Shown: piece by piece, positions 56,166 through 64,000 of the stretch | Numbering within the stretch: the stretch's first letter is position 1 | Layout: each line of letters starts with the position of its first letter | Assembly (NCBI GenBank): GCA_951406725.2 | Contig: OX597830.1 | Location: 32,054,001-32,118,000, forward strand | DNA: 64,000 nt | Reading direction: 5' to 3' | From: Octopus vulgaris | Taxonomy: Eukaryota | Notes under the pieces: generated by a model | Database searches by the model: none | Seen by the model: the letters and a program-made list of their open reading frames with translations, nothing else | What the model was told of the DNA's origin: nothing | Position numbers and translations under genes: made by a program

Positions 56166-56834
56166 CTACTGTTGTAGCTATTACTACAACACTTTAAACT
56201 ACGACTACTGTATGAAAGCCTGTTGTGTATATATGTGTCTACATGTGTTTGTCCCACCACTGCTTGATGACTGGTGCTGGTTTGTTTACGTCCCCATGAA
56301 TAAACGGTTTCGCAAATGGAACCAATTGAACAACTGCCAGACCTAAAAAGGAAAAAAATATATTTGGGTGATTTGTCCCACAAAATTCTTCAAAGTGGTC
56401 CCCACCACCACCACTACCACCACCACCACCACCATCACCACTGCCACCATGGCCACAGTCCAGTGACTAAAAGAAGTAACAAAAAAAAAAACATATAACC
56501 AATATTGCTAAGCATTCTTTGCAGCACTGAAATGCTATCAGCTTAGGTCAAGGGCATATAACTCACATCTGAACCTAGACACCACAGCTGACACTCTTTG
56601 AAACATAAATTCTACAATAGAAAGATGTTCATCAAAGACAGCTTGCTAGAAACATAAAATCTTAGGTTCCTACTTAGAACTGGCAAAATCTTCAGACTAA
56701 TTCCACTGTTGTACTTTGGTGTGCCACCAGCCTTCCTGTCTTTGCAATAGATGGCTTTCACTTTCAGTTTCTAAAATACGAACACTCTCTGTTTTGTCTT
56801 TGACTTTGAAAGTTTCATACTCATTTACTAATTC

Positions 56835-56976
56835 TCAATTTTCATCAAGATACATTTGATTAAATTCTTGTTCATCCTCATCAGAATATTTTAATTTCTG
56901 TAGTTCCTCCGCATTTATGAACACCCTGTATCTTTTCCCTTTCCTCTCCAGAGACGTCTGGCTGAAGTAAAGCTTT
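56835..56976 (-). CDS. Candidate terminal coding exon (basic cluster then acidic tail), gene unidentified
   Basis: Long minus-strand pyrimidine tract with AG acceptor at 56978-56977 (alternative in-frame CAG near 56962); reads KLYFSQTSLERKGKRYRVFINAEELQKLKYSDEDEQEFNQMYLDEN-stop in non-repetitive sequence. Confidence 0.35.
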
Positions 56977-57129
56977 CTTGGAAACAAAAAGAAAAAAAGA
57001 AAATCAAAGTAAAAGAAGTGATGTAGAACCAATGCATGTGGTGCTTAGTGGCATAAGAACAAAATAATTGGCATACAACAAAATAAATGATGTTACAATT
57101 GGTATGATCTTAAAGAAAGCATTCTTTAT

Positions 57130-57275
57130 GCAATTAGCATTCATTTCAAATTCATTGTTCATTTCGGCTTTGGCATTCATTTCAGCTTACCATTCATTTC
57201 AACTTAAGCATTAATCATGACTTTAGCATTCATTTCAATTTTAGCACTCAAGCCAACTTTAGCATTCACATTCAT
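57130..57275. repeat. Degenerate ~18-bp tandem repeat (TTTAGCATTCATTTCAAC-like)
   Basis: (GC)ATTCATTTC-like core recurs about every 18 bp. Confidence 0.65.
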
Positions 57276-58079
57276 ACCAAACAGCATTAAAACTCTAATC
57301 CGATTCTCTCCACCACTACCACATCCCCCACCATTATTATCACCACCAGCACCAGCATCACACTCACAGTAGCAGCAGCAGCAGCAGCAGTGGCAGCAGT
57401 GGCAGCAGCAGTAGCAAATCACTTAAATCTTAAAGAGAAATCATTTCTTCATTTTCTAATAGTCCACTCAAATATTTTCTAACATTCATACAATGAAGCA
57501 GGAAAGAGCAAACACAACTGATTACGAAGCATATTAAATGTAATAATCAGCACTAAAAAAAGAAACAAGAGAGAGAGAGAGAGAATGCAATCTAAGAGTT
57601 TCAACACAATTCACTATGTGACTATGTCAACAAAGTTTGGAATTAAGAATGCGTTAGTTAAGCAAGCCTCCATTCACAGGACAGTTATATCAACAATACT
57701 GCAAGCCAGTTTCATTAATATTTGCAAATATAATTAAAACATATGACAGCTACATATCAATCAATTATGTCTTTGTTGGGTATAGCAATAAAAAGCCAAA
57801 AAAAATAATACCCAGAAACTCCATTATATATCCATCTATATAAGTGTTTCATTGTGTTTGTACGTTTGTGGCGATGCAGTGTGAGTGTGTGTGTGTGTGT
57901 GTGTATGTGTGTGTGTGTATGTGTGTGTGTGAGTGCATGTGTGTGTGTGTAATTGTATCATATACTCCAAATGTATATAAATGTTTGTCCTTCACTCTCT
58001 CTTTCTCTCTTTCTCTCTCTTCGTTATATATTGTATTCTATTTCTCCTATTTGTATTACCAACCTTATATGTATGTGCA

Positions 58080-58117
<38 letters not shown>

Positions 58118-58351
58118 ATATTTATATATATAATCATATAAATATATATATATATATGCACATATATAATCATATAAATATATATATATACATATTTAAT
58201 CATATAAATATATATATACATATATAATCATATAAATATATATATACATATATAATCATATATAGATATATATAAATATATAATCATATAAATATATATA
58301 TAGAATTACATAAATATATACATAGGTCCATATATGCATACATATATACAT

Positions 58352-58401
<50 letters not shown>

Positions 58402-58760
58402 GTATATGTGTGTGTGTGTGTATGTACATATAATATATATAGCATAACCGCAATGAATCGACAATGAAGTCAAGCTCCAGTTCATAAACAGTAAAACACA
58501 TGTAGTCTGAATTAATAGTGAAGAAGAGAGAGAGGGAGAGAGAGGGAGGGACAGAAAAGGACAGAGAGAGAGAAGGAGAAAGAGTGAGTGGTAGGGTGGG
58601 GATTGAGAGATGGCTCAGTAAAGAGATTAGCTTGCTTGCCCATCCACGGAGCAGATGATTCATGGTTCAATTCCCATTCAAATTCATTTTATTAATCTCT
58701 CTCTCTCTCTCCCCATAGATACATACATACACACATACATACATATATATATATACATAT

Positions 58761-58835
<75 letters not shown>

Positions 58836-59361
58836 CATACATACATACATACATACATACATACATACATACATACATACATACATACATACATACATAC
58901 ATACATACATGCATACATATATACATACTATTTTTTTTTATATCAAATCTGAATAGTTACAGACATTGATCTGTTAATAGTGATTTATTTTATCAAAGTA
59001 TGAGAACAATTGCTTGTAGTTGTCTGCAGGCCAAACCCCCAAGTGAATAGGAAACGAGATGTGGTTATGAGCAAGGTGGCCAATCTCACCCAGAAATAGG
59101 CTATCAGAAAGCTATCCCTGAATGACTAGATAGAAATAGCAAATGCATATCGCCTCTTTTATTTATTACAGTTTGCCTATCGTACTTTGGATGCAATTTT
59201 AATCTGGCCAGGCTGGAGCATCTGCTCTTTTTTTGCTTCTTGTAGAAAGGGCATATTCCACAAGATAGGAAAGTCTTTTGATTGCAAACTGCTACTGAGG
59301 GGGGGGGGGCTCAATATGATAGCGGCTCATCATCATCATTAACATCATCATCATCATTATA

Positions 59362-59780
59362 CTCTCTTTTACTCTTTTCTTGTTTCAGTCATTTGACTGT
59401 GGCCATGCTGGAGCACCGCCTTTAGTCGAGCAAATTGACCTCAGGACTTATTCTTTGTAAGCCTAGCACTTATTCTATCAGTCTCTTTTGCCAAACTGCT
59501 AAATTACAGGGATGTAAACACACCAGCATCAGTTGTCAAGTGATGTTGGTGGGAGAAACACAGACACACAAACATATACAGACACGTACACACACACATA
59601 TACATATACATATATACGACGGGCTTCTTTCAGTTTCCGTCTACCAAATCCACTCACAAGGCTTTGGTCGGCCCGAGGCTATAGTAGAAGACGCTTGCCA
59701 AGGTGCCACACAGTGGGACTGAACCTGGAACCATGTGGTTGGTAAGCAAACTACTTACCACACAGCCACCCCCACGCCTA
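59362..59780 (-). mobile_element. SINE family B, full-length, followed by a family D copy (about 59785-60100, minus)
   Basis: Reverse complements of the family sequences. Confidence 0.85.
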
Positions 59781-60386
59781 TATATCATCATCATTATTTA
59801 ATGTCTGTTGTCCATGCTGGCATGGGTTAGATGGTTTCACCAGGGCTGGTAAGCTGAGGGGTTGCTGCACCAGATTCCAGTCTGATTTGGTATGGTTTTC
59901 TATGGCCTGATGCCCTTCTTAATGCCAACGACTCCGAGAGTGTAATGGGCACTTTTACGTGCCATTGGTGGCACAGGTGCCAGTTGCATGACACCAGCAC
60001 CTGCCTTGACTATGATTTCACTTCACTTGATGGGTCTTCTTCTCTAGCTCAGCATATTGCCAAAGGTCTTGATCATTTGTCTTTGCCTCCATGAGGCACT
60101 GAGGCTGGCTGTCATATCTTCAGAGAATCATGGATGGTAAGAAGGGGTGGGCATGGTTTCTTTTTCTTTTTGTATCTTTTACTCTTTTACTTCTTTCAGT
60201 TATTAGACTGTGGCCATGCTGGAGCACTATGTTCAAGAATTTTTAGTTGAATGAATCAAGCCAGTACATCCTTTTTTTTAAAGCTTGGTACTTATTCTAT
60301 TGGTTTCTTTTGCTGAACTGCTAAGTTATGGGGACATAAACACACCAACACCGGTTGTCAAGCAGTGGTGGGGGACGAACACTGAT

Positions 60387-60418
<32 letters not shown>

Positions 60419-60424
60419 TCGTAT

Positions 60425-60613
60425 ATGAGGTGGTTCTGAAAAGTTCCAGTCTATGGGTAAAAAAAAATACAGGAAGATAAATTAATTATGATTATATTCA
60501 ACATATTCCCCCTCTTGGGTTCATTCCCTTATTGCAACAGACCTGAAGTTTTTCTAATCCTCCAACCATGCCTTTTGTGATACCCTGAAAGCCAAGAACT
60601 TTTCAGGAGCCTC
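60425..60613. mobile_element. Tc1/mariner-like MITE remnant
   Basis: Imperfect TIRs GAGGTGGTTCTGAAAAGTTC / GAACTTTTCAGGAGCCTC, with TA at the left end. Confidence 0.5.
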
Positions 60614-61359
60614 TGCCCCCCCCCCCCACATATATTTATATATATAATTAATAAAAGAAAAACAAAGAAAAAACACAACAAGAAAAACAACAATGCAAGG
60701 ATGCAAAGTATTAAAAGACGCTCAGGGAAGGAAAGAAAGGGTGCTTTACATTTTGAGCAAAGTTCTTCTTCAGAAACAGAAGACAGAGGAAAGTCCAAGA
60801 GAAAAGGAAGATGGAGGAAAAAAAAAAGAAAAAAAAATCATCAACAATCCACACGTAGTTGTTACACAATGGGCTTCTTGCAGTTTTCATCTTCCAGATC
60901 AACTCTCAAGTCATAGAAGACACTAGCCCATTGCTCAATGCTGTGGGACTGAACCTGGAACCATGTGTTTGGGATGCAAGCTTCTTACCACACAGCCATG
61001 CCTGTGACTGTTTGTGAGGCATATTCTACTGCAGTTTATCTGCTTAATAGAGCTATAATCCTGGATAATATGAGAACCACGCTTAGGTGTCTGATCTCAA
61101 GAACTTTGTCAGAAACGTACAGCTTCTAAGCATTTGACCCAATGAAGTCAGCGGTTCATAACCCCATTGTCATTAATGGAGGGATATTAATTTGCAATAG
61201 CGATTACATTAGAGGAGAGATTCTTATTATTGACAAAGATAAACTGAACAGTTGCTATTATGTTTGCAATAGATTGAGCTATCAACTAAATCCATTGTGA
61301 AGGTCAGATAAAGAACCAGTCTAGAACTGAGGCCAATTGAATCAACAAACACATCCCAC

Positions 61360-62320
61360 ATCCAAATTTCAAGCCTTGTGCCTATATTAGGAGTCATTAT
61401 TATTGTATTTGTTAAGGTGGGAAGCTGGCAGAAATGTTAGCAATGCCAGGTAGACTGCTAAGTAATATCTTGTCCATATATATGAACTGAGTTCAAATTC
61501 CATTGCGGTAGACTTTACCTTTCATCTTTTCATCATCAGCATTGTCGTCATCATCATCATCATCATCATCATTTAATGTCCATTTTCCATGCGGGCGAGG
61601 GTTGATGGTTTGATAGGTGCTGGCTAGGCAGAAGACTGCACCAGGTTTCAGTGTCTGTTTTAGCAAGGTTTTTACAGCTAGATGCCCTTCCTAACACCAA
61701 CCACTCAACGGGTCAATAAAATAAGTACAAGTTGAACTTTGGGATCGGTGTAATCGACTAGACCTTCCCCCAAAATTTTACGCCATGTGCCTATAGTAGA
61801 AAGAATTAAGAAATATTGAACCTAGTGAGCACATAGATGGGTGATTTCTTGGGAAACGTAGGTGCAGTAAGCATCTCACACTTGTAAGGTGGTGAGCAGA
61901 CAGAATCGTTAGCATGCTGAATGAAATGCTTAGCAGTATTTCACCCATTGCTGTGTTTTGAGTGCAAAATCTGCCGAGGCTGACTTTGCATTTCATCCTT
62001 TCAGGGTCGATAATATAAGTACCACTAATGCACTGGGATCGATGTAATTGACTTAACCCCTTCCCCTAAATTTCAGGCCTTGTGCCTACAATAGTAAAGA
62101 TCATAATCATTGTTGTTAAGATGGTGAGCTGGCAGAATTGTGAGCACACCAGGCGAAATGCTTGGCAGTATTTTGTCTGTTGTTACGTTCTGAGTTCAAA
62201 TTCTGCTGAGGTCAACTTTGCCTTTCATCCTTTCGGGTGTCAATAAATTAAGTACCAGTGATCAACAAGCCTCCTCCCCACAAAATTTGAGGCCTTGTAC
62301 CTCCAGTTGAAAGGATTATT
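61360..62320 (+). mobile_element. Cluster of family A SINEs, one interrupted by a minus-strand family D copy (about 61550-61705)
   Basis: Heads at about 61414, 61887 and 62118; Nin/Deu-like cores. Confidence 0.8.
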
Positions 62321-62352
<32 letters not shown>

Positions 62353-63444
62353 AGTAGTTGCTGTTGTTGTTGTTGCTGTTGTTGTTGTTGTTGTTGTTGT
62401 TATTGCTACTGCTGTTGTTTGTTTTCTTGTCCTTGTTTGCTATGATGTTGCATTCGTATAAGATAATATTCTGCATAGAATCTTATTTCTTTCAGGATTA
62501 CTTGATGGAAGATGCAATTATGTTTTATCACCAACAAAATTGTTATGCATTATTTAAACATCTGCCTTGCGATGTAAGATTTAAAATAAGGTTCATCTCA
62601 TTGCCTACATATATTTTTGAAAGTATCCAGTTTCTTCTGTCTATATTAGTCATTCAATATGATTACTTTCACAGTGATTGGAGAGTGTGCTTGCCACCAT
62701 GTTGGCAACAGTTAACATACCTCTCAAATTTTTCAGGCATAGTAAGACTTTGGTAAAGGAGACATACAAGAATTAAACATAATACATAATTAAACAAGTA
62801 CATTTATAAATGCAAACAGTTACAATTTCAGAAACCTAAGAGAAAAAAGCAGGAGCAAAAAATACTAATTTAGATGGCAATAGCAAAAGTGTTAACAGAA
62901 GCAATTCATCCTTAGCTAGTGTTGCAAGCCAAAAGAGGTCTTAAATATGGTTCAACATGCATGGGTAAAAAAACAGACATGTAGGAACAGTATTTCCCAA
63001 AAGAGAATACCTGAGTGTCTGTTTGGAATTTACCCAAGAACAAACAAAAACAAAGTAACATAAATTTATTGGGTTTTTCTTAATGAAATAAAAAAAATGT
63101 AGGATATTTTCTTATACCTTCATAGGAAAAATTGGTGTGTGCCCTCTCTGATGTGTGGCAAAATTTGTTCTCCTTCAACACTGGCACAGTATATTGATGC
63201 ATATGCTTAACATTCCAGATAAAGAATGCAGCTAAAAGTTAGGAGGGTTGATGCGCTATATGTCTGTCTACAGAATGGTGCTGCTCTGTAAAGCAGGAGA
63301 CTCACAAGAGTTGCTGTCGAAGACATTTGTGCCAATGTGGATCTTTGCCTTGTATGCACCTTTGAGGTACATATAACATATATGTGCTTATGTGTATCTG
63401 TACATGCATGAAAAATATAAACACATACACACACACACACACAG

Positions 63445-63514
<70 letters not shown>

Positions 63515-63622
63515 GCACAAACACACACATTTTCATCATTACTTGACTGTCTGATGAATTATGCATATATGATGCATGTGAAACTCTGAGTAGCTGTGGA
63601 ATGTATCAGCAACTAATTCCTA

Positions 63623-63900
<278 letters not shown>

Positions 63901-64000
63901 ATATATGAACATATAAATATACATATGCATCCATATGCATACATATGTGTGTGCATGTATGTATGTTTGCATGTGCATACATGCACAGACACACGTACAC

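Noticed and set aside
60529-60798. ORF with CxxC and a hydrophobic segment
   Set aside because: Overlaps a decayed hammerhead-type repeat and A-rich low-complexity sequence that produces the hydrophobic run.

Overview
AT-rich, microsatellite-saturated eukaryotic DNA ((TA)n, (CA)n, (ATT)n, (GAT)n, (TAGA)n). The SINE set most resembles an octopus (coleoid cephalopod) genome; this is inferred from recalled repeat families, not from a database search. No complete protein-coding gene is recognisable, and nearly all listed ORFs are microsatellite or SINE read-throughs. The window is mostly layered transposable elements: dozens of SINEs from at least five families (Nin/Deu-domain, two CORE-like, Meta-domain, L2-type tail), 3' fragments of CR1-like, RTE and R4/Dong LINEs, and hAT, piggyBac and mariner-like MITEs. 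The strongest unexplained signal is a set of short Penelope-like elements, mostly sitting in (TA)n tracts, that carry minimal type I hammerhead ribozyme (HHR) motifs. One core is intact (12189-12270). Another lies in a tRNA-promoter-headed element flanked by a target-site duplication (TSD) (37589-37945), which looks like a Penelope-mobilised, ribozyme-bearing SINE. Also present are several long fold-back palindromes, a structured bipartite RTE element, a 19-bp minisatellite with a 76-bp higher-order period, and a few isolated low-confidence candidate exons. SINE and LINE boundaries are approximate, read by eye.
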